Assembly: GCA_051306005.1 (NCBI GenBank)
Contig: JBPPMJ010000006.1
Location: forward strand, 8,361-72,360
DNA: 64,000 bases
From: Minisyncoccota bacterium
Lineage (GTDB): Bacteria > Patescibacteriota > Minisyncoccia > Moranbacterales > UBA1568
Direction: 5' to 3'
Under the pieces are notes generated by a model. That model saw only the letters and a program-made list of their open reading frames with translations. It made no database searches and was not told the DNA's origin. Made by a program: the position numbers and the translations under genes. Positions 19,606 to 29,038 of the stretch are shown here, in pieces. Position 1 is the stretch's first letter. Every line of letters starts with the position of its first letter.

Positions 19606-19893
19606 ATGTGGCGATTATTTTTTATCCCTCAGGCATTTGGTGCGGAAGGTGTCATTACCAGTGCACCCAGATTGGTATACATATTCACTAACGTGTTGAC
19701 ATTTCTCTTGTCTATTGTGGGTGTTCTTGGTATAATTAGTTTAGGTATTTCTGGAGTATTTTATTTTTTTTCCGTAGGAGATGAAAGGCGCGTTTCTCTT
19801 GCCAAGCGCGCCAGTCTGGCATCGGTTGTCGGTATGTTGATTGCTTTAGGCGCTTGGGTTATCGTGAATCAACTGACGATGTTTTTTCTTTGA
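19606..19893 (+). CDS. TrbC/VirB2-like pilin family protein (paralog 2)
   Basis: MWRLFF... FSVGDERRVSLAKRASLASVVGMLIALGAWVIVNQ. Start chosen at the in-frame ATG 19606. Confidence 0.5.
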   Translation: MWRLFFIPQAFGAEGVITSAPRLVYIFTNVLTFLLSIVGVLGIISLGISGVFYFFSVGDERRVSLAKRASLASVVGMLIALGAWVIVNQLTMFFL

Positions 19894-19952
19894 AAAGAGT
19901 GGAGAGCAAAAAGACAGGGTATAAAAATACAAACAGAAAGGAGGTGAGAAGT

Positions 19953-20321
19953 ATGAAACAAATCAAACAAATGTTCTATGGTATTTTTGCGATGACTTTG
20001 ACGTTGGCTCCAGCCATGGCAAATGCCCAGTGGTCTGCCGGTCAGCAAAATGCAGGATCAGCCGGATTGCCAGCAGACAGTATTTACAATATTATCGCGC
20101 GTACGATGGATTGGCTTTTAGCTATCCTTGGTTTCATCGGGATTATCGGATTCGTGATTTCAGGTATTCTGTATCTCACGGCTGCGGGAAGTGAGGATCG
20201 CGTTGAACAAGCCAAAAACGCCATGATGTATTCTATTATCGGGATTATTGTTGCGTTGATTGGCTTCGTCGTCATCAATGCAGTAGAAGGCTGGTTAACT
20301 GCTGGTACCACTGACTTCTAG
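19953..20321 (+). CDS. TrbC/VirB2-like pilin family protein (paralog 3)
   Basis: AAAGGAGGTGA RBS then ATG 19953. Signal peptide ...AMANAQW. YLTAAGSEDRVEQAKNAMMYSIIGIIVALIGFVVINA. Confidence 0.6.
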   Translation: MKQIKQMFYGIFAMTLTLAPAMANAQWSAGQQNAGSAGLPADSIYNIIARTMDWLLAILGFIGIIGFVISGILYLTAAGSEDRVEQAKNAMMYSIIGIIVALIGFVVINAVEGWLTAGTTDF

Positions 20322-20477
20322 AGTCTGTGTACCATCGATGGTTTACGTTGAAACCGCCTTTCTTGAGAATAAGAGGCGGTTTTTACGTGCTTTCTGATTG
20401 TATGTTTCTGGTATGTGATTGTTGTTTTTGATAAAAAAGAGTATGATATAAGGAGGGAGTATGGTAAAAATATAAAT

Positions 20478-20882
20478 ATGATACGCACTTTTTTTTTGAG
20501 TATAGTGTTGGTTATTAGCGGTATGTTATTTTCCGTACAGGCACCAATGGTTTTGAGTGCTACGGGTACTGATAGCACCGCTGATTGTGTTAATAAGAAA
20601 GCGGGTGTCTGTTTCCCGTCTGATACTGGTTTAGCAGAGACGCCCGTTGCAGAGTTATTAATGAGTCTGATGAACTGGCTCTTGGCTATAATCGGTTTTA
20701 TCGCTATTATCGCCTTTATTATTTCTGGACTTCAATATTTGACGGCGGTTGGAGATGAGAAACGTGCTGAAACTGCCAAAGATAATATGCGCTACGCCAT
20801 TATTGGCATCATCGTGGCGCTTTCTGGTTGGATTATTATTTCTGCTATCAATACATGGCTATCTGGTGGTACTAATTTTTAA
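20478..20882 (+). CDS. TrbC/VirB2-like pilin family protein (paralog 4)
   Basis: YLTAVGDEKRAETAKDNMRYAIIGIIVALSGWIIISA. N-terminal signal. Confidence 0.6.
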   Translation: MIRTFFLSIVLVISGMLFSVQAPMVLSATGTDSTADCVNKKAGVCFPSDTGLAETPVAELLMSLMNWLLAIIGFIAIIAFIISGLQYLTAVGDEKRAETAKDNMRYAIIGIIVALSGWIIISAINTWLSGGTNF

Positions 20883-20892
20883 TGTTTTTGTT

Positions 20893-21639
20893 ATGCGATT
20901 TTTGTCATATGCATCAAAAGTATTTTTATTCTTTTTTGTATTGAGTGTATTTCAGAGTATGCCTGCCTTTGCACTGGGTCCTGGCACAGATGCTCTGCCA
21001 GGTGGTCCCCTGGGAGGTAATAATAGTAATGTGCCAGGCTTGCCGGGGGGATTGGGCAATAATAATGGATCAGTCACGCCAAGTGGTAATGGATCAGTCA
21101 CGCCTCCATCATCAAACACTGCCATTAATTTTGCTAACCCTTTGCAGTATGATACTGTCGAAGGGGTTCTCGGTAGTGTCCTCGGTACTATTCAGGCGAT
21201 TATTGTCGTACTTTCTCTTGTATTTATCGTGATTGGAGCAGTGTTGTATATTACTTCCGCCGGAAATGACAAGCGTATGGAGACAGCCAAAAGCGCCATC
21301 ACCGCCTCAATGATTGGTCTTGCTCTGGGACTTGCGGCCCCTTCGTTTTTGAAAGAAATTGGTATGGTCCTAGGTTGGGGTGAAGTGGATGGGAGTGCAG
21401 TCGGTGGCGCGCGAACTTTATCAGAAATTGCTATGAGTGTCTTACAATTCCTCCTGTCTGTGGTTGGAGTTCTAGCAATTATTATGATGGTAGTGGGCGG
21501 TATCATATATCTCACCTCCGCTGGAGATGATAGCCGTATTGAAACAGGTAAAAAAATAGTTTTGTATTCCGTCATTGGTATCGCAGTCGCATTGGCTTCT
21601 TTGGTTATTGTGACGCAAATTGCTACATTTTTTGTATAA
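20893..21639 (+). CDS. tandem two-domain TrbC/VirB2-like pilin fusion with G/P/N-rich linker
   Basis: Two pilin motifs (YITSAGNDKRMETAKSA... and YLTSAGDDSRIETGKKI...). Linker ALGPGTDALPGGPLGGNNSNVPGLPGG with repeated NGSVTP. Confidence 0.55.
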   Translation: MRFLSYASKVFLFFFVLSVFQSMPAFALGPGTDALPGGPLGGNNSNVPGLPGGLGNNNGSVTPSGNGSVTPPSSNTAINFANPLQYDTVEGVLGSVLGTIQAIIVVLSLVFIVIGAVLYITSAGNDKRMETAKSAITASMIGLALGLAAPSFLKEIGMVLGWGEVDGSAVGGARTLSEIAMSVLQFLLSVVGVLAIIMMVVGGIIYLTSAGDDSRIETGKKIVLYSVIGIAVALASLVIVTQIATFFV

Positions 21640-21649
21640 AAATTTCTGA

Positions 21650-21690
21650 GATAAAAAAATGGACAGTCAGGCGATTATGCTTGACTGTCC
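21650..21690 (-). terminator. intrinsic terminator (perfect 9-bp stem GGACAGTCA/TGACTGTCC) for the minus-strand gene
   Basis: Hairpin at 21661-21690 with a T-run on the minus strand (aaaaaaat on plus). Confidence 0.55.
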
Positions 21691-21709
21691 AATGTTGTCC
21701 AACGTCTTT

Positions 21710-22300
21710 TTATTCTTGCCGTTGTAATTCTACAGGAATGAGTCCCCGGTTGAATTTGTAGGGCATTTCCAGAGCCACCAAATTCACTGTTACGGCAATT
21801 TCAGTGCCATCTTCTGTGACACTGAATATTCTGGGTGATCTTGATGAAGTAAGTGCTTCAATGAGATCAGCATCACCAATGCGCACCAGAAGGGCCCCGT
21901 AGTTATTACTTCCTTGTTTTTGCCCACTCTGATGAAATTCTTCAATAAACTCCTCATGTTGCTTCCAGTTGGCATAGATATTTATTCCATGAGGAGGCAT
22001 CAACACAAATGTGTTGTCACTTTGAAAGAGTTCCCACGTTTTGTAGCGTGGAATGACCCGATAGGTACCCTTGTTCACTTTAACAATAGGGCACCATCCA
22101 CGATCATTGTTCCACGTCGGTGAACAAGTGCTACGTTTTACGGTTACCCAGTTTCCGCTCCCTTTGATGGGCCATGATGGGACTACTTTCGTGATGAGAT
22201 TGGCGGACACTATTCCAATTATACCGATTACAATGAACAGGGGCCCCCACTTTTTGAGCAGAGGAATAAATTTTTCGAGTCTTACTGGTGTAGTAGCCAT
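21710..22300 (-). CDS. hypothetical membrane-anchored protein
   Basis: 196 aa. N-terminal TM (PLFIVIGIIGIVSANLI). Cys/Trp-containing extracytoplasmic domain. Confidence 0.45.
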   Translation of the reverse strand: MATTPVRLEKFIPLLKKWGPLFIVIGIIGIVSANLITKVVPSWPIKGSGNWVTVKRSTCSPTWNNDRGWCPIVKVNKGTYRVIPRYKTWELFQSDNTFVLMPPHGINIYANWKQHEEFIEEFHQSGQKQGSNNYGALLVRIGDADLIEALTSSRSPRIFSVTEDGTEIAVTVNLVALEMPYKFNRGLIPVELQRQE

Positions 22301-22303
22301 GAA

Positions 22304-23392
22304 TCATTCCTCGCGTGGTTTTTTTGCGCGCCTGCGCATTGATTGCGGAGTTTGAGGCGGTGGATCATTATCAGGATCTTGAGCAACAACTTTATTCCCC
22401 GATAGAATGGATCCTAGCGTTGCGCCAATCGCTTCAATTCCTGGAATTTCGTAAACGTTCCCCCTTCCTTCTCGCATCGATTTCCGACGGCGGATTTCTA
22501 AGATGCAATCATGAAGTGTCTGAGGTTCGTCCGTCTCCTGATAAGCTTGATATAACTGCCTGGCCTGTGCTATTTCCGTGTCTACTTCGTATAGCCCAGC
22601 CCTTCTTTGATACTGTTCTTTTACCTGTTCCTGAACAGTCTCTTGATCATCAGGACTTAAAGCAGGTTCTCCAATATTCACCTTGAATATCGTGATACCG
22701 AGGCCTTCAATATCCTGTTTTCCATTAGCCTTCATTTCTTTTTTAAAAATGTGTTTATCCTCTTCACTTAACATGTGGAAGTCTTCTTTGACGAGTCGCG
22801 AAAAAACGATTTCCACCAGTGTTTCGTTGCTACTCACCAATGCCTCAAAAGTGAGTTTTGCTCCTTCGATACGAAGTACTTGTCGAAACATGTCATCAAG
22901 AATGCTTTCAACACCACCTCTGTTTCCGTTGTCCATGAAGGCATCCAAGCGTGTGGGATCTGGTCTCCATGTGACGGAACTTGTCAGACTGACAGGGAGG
23001 CCTCCGCGAAAAGAAGTCTTAGTATTGGATTTTTGGGTGTTTTCTGTTTCATCAAGTTTGCACCAAAATTTAATGTCGGAACAATCTTGATTTACGCTCA
23101 CCATTTCCATTACAATAACATCAATAAACAGTGGGAAATAAGGTGCAAGGATATGGAGTCCTTCAGGTAACACGTGTTTGATACGTGTACCAGAAATAGT
23201 GACAAGACCCACTGAGGGGGGATTAGATGGTATTGTCGTTAGTCCATAGCCGTAGAGAGTCATTGCTAACCCTATAATAGCCAGACTAAGAAATACTGAT
23301 TGTAGCAGGGCGATTATGCCTAGTACAATAAGTACAAAAATGATGTTGCCCATTCCAATGCGAAACACAAGGTAGTTAAAATGAAACATCAC
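22304..23392 (-). CDS. SPFH/band-7 (stomatin/prohibitin-like) domain membrane protein
   Basis: N-terminal TMs followed by PEGLHILAPYFPLFIDVIVMEMVSV, as in SPFH family proteins. Charged C-terminal tail. Confidence 0.55.
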   Translation of the reverse strand: MMFHFNYLVFRIGMGNIIFVLIVLGIIALLQSVFLSLAIIGLAMTLYGYGLTTIPSNPPSVGLVTISGTRIKHVLPEGLHILAPYFPLFIDVIVMEMVSVNQDCSDIKFWCKLDETENTQKSNTKTSFRGGLPVSLTSSVTWRPDPTRLDAFMDNGNRGGVESILDDMFRQVLRIEGAKLTFEALVSSNETLVEIVFSRLVKEDFHMLSEEDKHIFKKEMKANGKQDIEGLGITIFKVNIGEPALSPDDQETVQEQVKEQYQRRAGLYEVDTEIAQARQLYQAYQETDEPQTLHDCILEIRRRKSMREGRGNVYEIPGIEAIGATLGSILSGNKVVAQDPDNDPPPQTPQSMRRRAKKPREE

Positions 23393-23581
23393 TTCTCTCC
23401 TTCAAAACAATTGTTAAGATACCTATGATGAGCGAACCCATCGATGTTGCAGTTTAGGTATCACCTAGATACTGTAACTTTATATTATATACCTAAAATG
23501 AAAAAAAGTCAATAGCACATACTGAGGTAATGACTCGATAATAAGGCTATTCAAAGCCACATCTTGATATCAGGTTTCTCA

Positions 23582-24607
23582 TTACCGAGAGAATAGGGAT
23601 CGAGATTGTGGTTCTGCTGTTCTGTTTGGCAGGTTTTGCAAAGGGTTGTCCACCCATTGTTTGTCATGATAAACTCCAGTTTTGACATCTGTCATGAAAT
23701 TTTTGAGTATTTTTTGTGAAAAGAGGCTGAGGTTGTCAAGATTAGCATTGGTACGCACAATAAAATCATTGTCATATCTTTCCAGGTTATGCAGTGTTTG
23801 ACTGGCAATTTGAAGTAAGGCTCTATCGCGATCATCCGAGCTAGGAAATTTACGAAAAGAAACATTGTCAAAAGCGTTTTTGAAAGAAGCAATTTCACGA
23901 TTAATTTGTGAGAGGTATTGTTGTTCAAAGCGTTCGTTCTCTCGGGATCTTTGAGTACCTCTGAATACTTCATTGATAGTGCCTGTGACGGCCCTATTGG
24001 TCTCTCTTTGTACTGCATTTTCTGTAGTTCTTTCAGCATTTCTCCATATTTTTTCTAACAAATCATCATTTCTACTTTGTGCTTCAGCTCTTTGTGGTAG
24101 AGCAGACAAACCAATGACAAGTGTCATGGCCCCCAATAAGGCTTTACCACCAGGAATATGACGCATTTTTTCGAGAAGATTGCCGAGCGCATCACTGTTG
24201 GATCGTTCGGACGCAGAGGAGACGGCCCGTGGTGTTATGGGAGATATTTCCGAATTACCGGTTGTCTGATGTCGTGTGTGTGCCGCTAGTTCTTCTTCAA
24301 ACATGTGAATCATTTGACGTTCCGCAACCAGAAATGTATCAAAATCTCGTTCATTTTCTCGAGCGTGTTGTTCTGCGCGAAGCTCCATGGCTTTGTCAAC
24401 AACCTCATCCAAGCGATCTTTTTCTTCCGAGGATAATATCTCAGGATTTGTAGAAGGCGTAAGTGAGGGTGTTATTTCGGGTTGAGTCGGTACCAAAGAC
24501 TCTGCTTCAATATATTCACGGGAGAATGGTGATGCAATATTAGAATCCTCTTCTTTTGCTTTTTCAGCCCGCGTTGTAGCAATTGGAAAAGCTTCTGGGT
24601 GAAACAT
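23582..24607 (-). CDS. hypothetical protein (central TM, charged coiled regions)
   Basis: 341-aa ORF. KALLGAMTLVIGLSAL TM segment. Confidence 0.45.
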   Translation of the reverse strand: MFHPEAFPIATTRAEKAKEEDSNIASPFSREYIEAESLVPTQPEITPSLTPSTNPEILSSEEKDRLDEVVDKAMELRAEQHARENERDFDTFLVAERQMIHMFEEELAAHTRHQTTGNSEISPITPRAVSSASERSNSDALGNLLEKMRHIPGGKALLGAMTLVIGLSALPQRAEAQSRNDDLLEKIWRNAERTTENAVQRETNRAVTGTINEVFRGTQRSRENERFEQQYLSQINREIASFKNAFDNVSFRKFPSSDDRDRALLQIASQTLHNLERYDNDFIVRTNANLDNLSLFSQKILKNFMTDVKTGVYHDKQWVDNPLQNLPNRTAEPQSRSLFSR

Positions 24608-24630
24608 ACCTCATCATGTTTGCAAGAGGA

Positions 24631-24930
24631 TTAAATCTGTGCGAGAAAATCACGTACGTATTCACGCTCTTTCTCGACGACATCAGTCAGTTGTGCGGTA
24701 TCAGTACCGGCCGTGATACGCGCACGTAAATCAGCCGTACAAAAACGTAACATCTCACCGTTGTTTTTGAAAATACTAACAAATATTCTTTGAATTTTTT
24801 CATCTGCAAACGCCAACTGGTCTTGCCACAGGGCCTGATCAGTTTCTGAAAGGTTTGATTCCATGAGAATCACTTCAATTTCTTGAAAATAAATCGTATC
24901 CATATGATTACAAGTATAGCAAAAAAACAA
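24631..24930 (-). CDS. hypothetical small protein
   Basis: 99-aa ORF. Likely start at the internal Met (24903). Confidence 0.3.
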   Translation of the reverse strand: MFFCYTCNHMDTIYFQEIEVILMESNLSETDQALWQDQLAFADEKIQRIFVSIFKNNGEMLRFCTADLRARITAGTDTAQLTDVVEKEREYVRDFLAQI

Positions 24931-25006
24931 CTAATGTGCAAACGCACGATGTCAAAAGATATTCTGAAAAAAAATAAGAAGTCTATTTTTTGTGTTTCTA
25001 GCAACA

Positions 25007-25035
25007 TTGACAAAAGACAATGTATCCGCTATACT
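25007..25035 (+). promoter_or_regulatory. consensus sigma70-type promoter TTGACA-17-TATACT upstream of nusA
   Basis: ttgaca at 25007-12 and tatact at 25030-35. Confidence 0.5.
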
Positions 25036-25057
25036 GTAAAGGAGTAATGATAGTTAT

Positions 25058-25084
25058 GGTTCGCGGAAAGCGGACCTTTTTTAT
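25058..25084 (+). terminator. leader hairpin plus T-run (possible attenuator) in the nusA 5' leader
   Basis: GGTTCGC-GGAAA-GCGGACC followed by ttttttatt, about 20 nt after the predicted TSS. AAAGGAG RBS and ATG at 25056 lie at its foot. Confidence 0.4.
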
Positions 25085-25161
25085 TGAGAGAATGAAGTAT
25101 AGAGTACAACATTTGACACGATGGCGGAAACGAATAAATTGTATACATAACATGTAGTATT

Positions 25162-26439
25162 ATGGCAAAGAAAAAGGTGGTGACTGAAGAAGTAAGTCAA
25201 GACGGTAGTTTGTCCGGTCGTTTGGGTGAATTTGGCAGTGCTGTTATGCAGATAGCGGAAGAAAAGGGTATCTCTAAGGAACGAGTGCTGGAAGTGGTCG
25301 AAGCGGCTCTTGCTGCCGCCTACAAGAAGGATTATGGGAAAAAAGGTCAGGTTATTCGAGCGAAATTTGATGAAGTGACCAAAGATGCAACATTTTTTTT
25401 AGTGAAAGAAGTGGTGGATGAGTCAATGCGTGAATTTATAGAAGATCGTGCAGATGAGACAGAGACCGCGATAGTGGAAAAAGATGAGCCTGGAATAGGA
25501 GTAATGAATGAAGATCGTTTGACTCGGTTTAATCCGGAACGGGATATGCCTCTGATAGAGGCCAAGAAAATCAACAAGAACATTACATTGGGTGAAATGA
25601 TTGAGTTACCATTGGAGGCACACGATGAATTTGGACGTGTAGCAGCACAGACGGCCAAGCAGGTGATTATTCAGCGTATTCGTGAAGCGGAACGTGAAAC
25701 GATGTTTGAGGAATATAAAGAAAAAGAGGGACAGATTGTGAGTGGTATTGTGCAACGCGTCGAAGGACGCAATGTCTTTGTTGATCTCGGAAAATCTGTC
25801 GGCATTCTTTTCCCTTCAGAACAAGTGGAAGGAGAAAACTATCGTGCCGGGCAACACTTGAAAGTGTATTTGGTTCGCGTGGACTCAGATACCAAGGGTC
25901 CGGGATTACTTCTTTCGCGTGTGCATCCAGAAATGGTACGCCATTTGTTTGAGTTGGAGGTACCAGAGATTTTTACTGGTACTGTGGAAATCAAAGCTAT
26001 TGCTCGTGAAGCAGGATCACGTACCAAAATCGCAGTTTTTTCCGCTGAAGAGGGAGTGGATCCCATTGGCTCATGTGTCGGGCAAAAGGGAACGCGCGTG
26101 CAGACTATCATTGATGAGTTGGGCGGTGAGAAAATTGATATTATTGAATGGAAAGATGATTCCAAGAAATTTATCAGTGCTGCGTTGTCTCCTGCCAAGG
26201 TTTTGAGCGTTGAAATCGTTGATGCGGAAAAACGAGCAGTGGTTACCGTACCATCTGATCAACTGTCACTGGCCATCGGAAAGCGCGGACAGAACGTACG
26301 TTTGGCGGCCAAGTTGACGGGGTATAAGATTGATGTAACGAGTGGTGAATCTGTGATGGAAGATATTGCGCCTGAGAATGATGTCGTGGGGGATGAGCAT
26401 ACTGATGTTATTTCTGATGATATAAAACAAGTAGAGTAG
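25162..26439 (+). CDS. nusA: transcription termination/antitermination factor NusA
   Basis: N-terminal domain (MQIAEEKGISKERVLEVVEAAL), S1 and two KH regions (SCVGQKGTRVQTI, LAIGKRGQNVRLAAKLTG). Confidence 0.85.
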   Translation: MAKKKVVTEEVSQDGSLSGRLGEFGSAVMQIAEEKGISKERVLEVVEAALAAAYKKDYGKKGQVIRAKFDEVTKDATFFLVKEVVDESMREFIEDRADETETAIVEKDEPGIGVMNEDRLTRFNPERDMPLIEAKKINKNITLGEMIELPLEAHDEFGRVAAQTAKQVIIQRIREAERETMFEEYKEKEGQIVSGIVQRVEGRNVFVDLGKSVGILFPSEQVEGENYRAGQHLKVYLVRVDSDTKGPGLLLSRVHPEMVRHLFELEVPEIFTGTVEIKAIAREAGSRTKIAVFSAEEGVDPIGSCVGQKGTRVQTIIDELGGEKIDIIEWKDDSKKFISAALSPAKVLSVEIVDAEKRAVVTVPSDQLSLAIGKRGQNVRLAAKLTGYKIDVTSGESVMEDIAPENDVVGDEHTDVISDDIKQVE

Positions 26440-26482
26440 TTTTATATCATCACTTTCAATAAATATTGTAAGAAAAAAACAT

Positions 26483-27013
26483 ATGAATTTATGGCATGAA
26501 ATTTCAGCTGGCAAAGATGTCCCACATAGTATCAATGTCATTATTGAGTGTCCTAAAGGTTCAAAAAACAAGTATGAAATTGATAAAGAAACCGGTTTGA
26601 TAAAACTTGACCGAGCTATGAAAACGTCTCAAGATTATCCCTTTGACTATGGTTTTGTGCCTCAAAGCTATTGGGATGATGGAGATGCATTGGATGTGGT
26701 ATTACTGACAACGTACCCCTTGGCTCCTGGTATTTTGGTGGAAGCACGCCCAATCGGTATCATGAATATGGTTGATTGTGGTGAGGGTGATGACAAGATT
26801 ATTGCTGTGCCCAAAAGCGATCCACGTTTTGATGATGTTTTGGATTTGGACGATGTGAATAAACATGTTTTGAAGGAAATGAAGCATTTTTTTGAAACAT
26901 ACAAGGTGATAGATAATAAAGTAGTTATCGTTAAAGGTTTTAAGAAAAAAGCGGCGGCTCTCGTGGCTATCAAGAAAGGGTTGAAGTTATACGCGGAAAA
27001 ATTTGGCAAATAA
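26483..27013 (+). CDS. ppa: inorganic pyrophosphatase (family I)
   Basis: KNKYEIDKETG, DYPFDYGFVPQ, DGDALDVVLL. Confidence 0.9.
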   Translation: MNLWHEISAGKDVPHSINVIIECPKGSKNKYEIDKETGLIKLDRAMKTSQDYPFDYGFVPQSYWDDGDALDVVLLTTYPLAPGILVEARPIGIMNMVDCGEGDDKIIAVPKSDPRFDDVLDLDDVNKHVLKEMKHFFETYKVIDNKVVIVKGFKKKAAALVAIKKGLKLYAEKFGK

Positions 27014-27026
27014 TACATATAACGCT

Positions 27027-28316
27027 ATGAATGTTACGGTGAAAAAATTACCAGCCTCACAGGTGGAAATACACATTAATGTACCTTGGGAAGAATGGCA
27101 ACAGGAGATTGAGCACGCGGTCGAGCATTTGGCACGGGGTATAAAAATCCCTGGATTTCGTGCAGGCAAAGTACCCCATGATGTAGTAGAAAAGCGCCTC
27201 GGTAAACCAATGATACTTGCGGAAGTGGCCGAACATATTGTGCAACACTCTTATCCGAAAGCATTGGCACAAGAAAAAATCGAAGCTATCGGTAAACCAG
27301 TGGTAGAACTGGGTACAGTGACCGAACACGAACCGTTTTCGTATCAGGTGGTAACAGCAGTGTTGCCGGTAGTGACTCTCAAGCCTTGGAAACCAGCGGT
27401 ACAAAAAATAAATGCAGAATATGCCAAGCAAGATGCAACGATTGACGAGCAAGAAATTATGACAGAGTTGGAACGCTTGGCGGAGATGCGCGCGAAGTTG
27501 GTAACCGTTAATCGTGAAGCACGCTTAGGAGATAACGTGATAGTGGATTTTGTCGTGTTACAAAATGATGTTCCCATCGAAAACGGAACGAGTAAACAAC
27601 ACCCGCTTGTTTTGGGAAAGGGTGCATTTATTCCCGGATTTGAAGAACAGTTGTTTGGCATGCAAGCAGAAGAGGAAAAAACTTTCACATTGACGTTTCC
27701 GGCCACCTATCATGTGGAGCATTTAGCAGGGAAACCAGCCACTTTTCAAGTAAAAGTAACATTAGTGCAGAAGCGTGAAGTTCCTCTCATAGATGATGTT
27801 TTTGCAAGCGGTTTGGGTAAGTTTGAGTCTCTGGAAAAACTCAAAGAAACTATGCGCAATGGATTATTGGAAGAAAAGAAACTGAAACTCAAAGAAGCAC
27901 ACCGTTCTCACCTGTTAGATACTTTGGTAGAACATGCGTCCGTAGAGCATCCGCATATTTTGATTGAAGAGGAAACCAAACGTATGGTGCATGAATTTGA
28001 AATGCGTATCAAATCCATGGGACTTGATATGACACAGTACTTGGAACAAGCGAAAAAAACACCGGATGAAATGCGCGCAGAATGGCAACCACAAGCTGAA
28101 AAGCGCCTCTCCGCCAATATGATTCTTGACTTATTGGCTCGGGAGGAAGAAATGGATGTGGAGAGCGTGTCTATTGAAGCGGAAATGAACAAAACACTGA
28201 TGCAGTACAAAGACGTAAAGGAGGCTGAGAAAAAAATTAATATGGAGCGTCTCTATGGAGCGGTACGGGAACATCTCTTGAATGAAAAAGTATTGACATG
28301 GCTGGAAACACTGTAA
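27027..28316 (+). CDS. tig: trigger factor
   Basis: N-terminal ribosome-binding region. GFRAGKVP motif. FKBP-type PPIase middle domain. Confidence 0.9.
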   Translation: MNVTVKKLPASQVEIHINVPWEEWQQEIEHAVEHLARGIKIPGFRAGKVPHDVVEKRLGKPMILAEVAEHIVQHSYPKALAQEKIEAIGKPVVELGTVTEHEPFSYQVVTAVLPVVTLKPWKPAVQKINAEYAKQDATIDEQEIMTELERLAEMRAKLVTVNREARLGDNVIVDFVVLQNDVPIENGTSKQHPLVLGKGAFIPGFEEQLFGMQAEEEKTFTLTFPATYHVEHLAGKPATFQVKVTLVQKREVPLIDDVFASGLGKFESLEKLKETMRNGLLEEKKLKLKEAHRSHLLDTLVEHASVEHPHILIEEETKRMVHEFEMRIKSMGLDMTQYLEQAKKTPDEMRAEWQPQAEKRLSANMILDLLAREEEMDVESVSIEAEMNKTLMQYKDVKEAEKKINMERLYGAVREHLLNEKVLTWLETL

Positions 28317-28369
28317 AATATCTCAAGAGTTTATGAAATGATTTATTTTTTTATCATTTATTCAAAAAT

Positions 28370-28957
28370 ATGATACACAATCAATATCTTGTTCCAATGG
28401 TTGTCGAAAAAACTAGTTTTGGGGAGCGGGCATACGATATTTACTCTCGTCTATTGAAGGATCGAATTATTTTTATTGGCTCACCGATTGATGATGGTGT
28501 CGCCAATGCAGTGATTGCACAACTTCTTTTTCTGGAATCACAGAATGCCAAAGATGACATAAAGATGTATATCAACTCCCCTGGTGGCTCTGTGACAGCA
28601 GCGCTCGCTATTTACGATACAATGCAATATGTCAAGCCAGTCGTGCAAACTATCTGTATTGGTATGGCAGCCTCAGCTGCAGCACTTCTATTGAGCGCTG
28701 GAGCGCGTGGCAAACGTATGGCCTTACCCAACAGTGAAGTGATGATTCATCAAGTATTGGGGGGTGCTCAAGGACAAGCAACAGATATTGATATTCATGC
28801 GCGCCATATTCTCAAGACACGTGATCGTTTGAATCGTATTTTGGCGCAACATACGGGGCAAAAATTGGCAAAAATTGAAAAAGATACTGAGCGAGATTAT
28901 TTTATGTCGGCAGAGGAAGCAAAAAAGTATGGTATTATCGACAAGGTAATCGCGTAA
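28370..28957 (+). CDS. clpP: ATP-dependent Clp protease proteolytic subunit
   Basis: Catalytic region [19 protein letters not shown] ... [14 protein letters not shown] ... HQVLGG. Confidence 0.95.
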   Translation: MIHNQYLVPMVVEKTSFGERAYDIYSRLLKDRIIFIGSPIDDGVANAVIAQLLFLESQNAKDDIKMYINSPGGSVTAALAIYDTMQYVKPVVQTICIGMAASAAALLLSAGARGKRMALPNSEVMIHQVLGGAQGQATDIDIHARHILKTRDRLNRILAQHTGQKLAKIEKDTERDYFMSAEEAKKYGIIDKVIA

Positions 28958-28976
28958 GGCAATGATGAAGCAAAAA

Positions 28977-29015
28977 AGAAACGGTTGGGTTTGTATACCC
29001 GCCGTTTCTTTTTGT
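28977..29015. terminator. bidirectional intrinsic terminator between clpP and gpmI
   Basis: agaaacggttgggtttgtatacccgccgtttct with A/T runs on both sides. Confidence 0.55.
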
Positions 29016-29038
29016 AAGAGATGAATGAGTCTATGATT

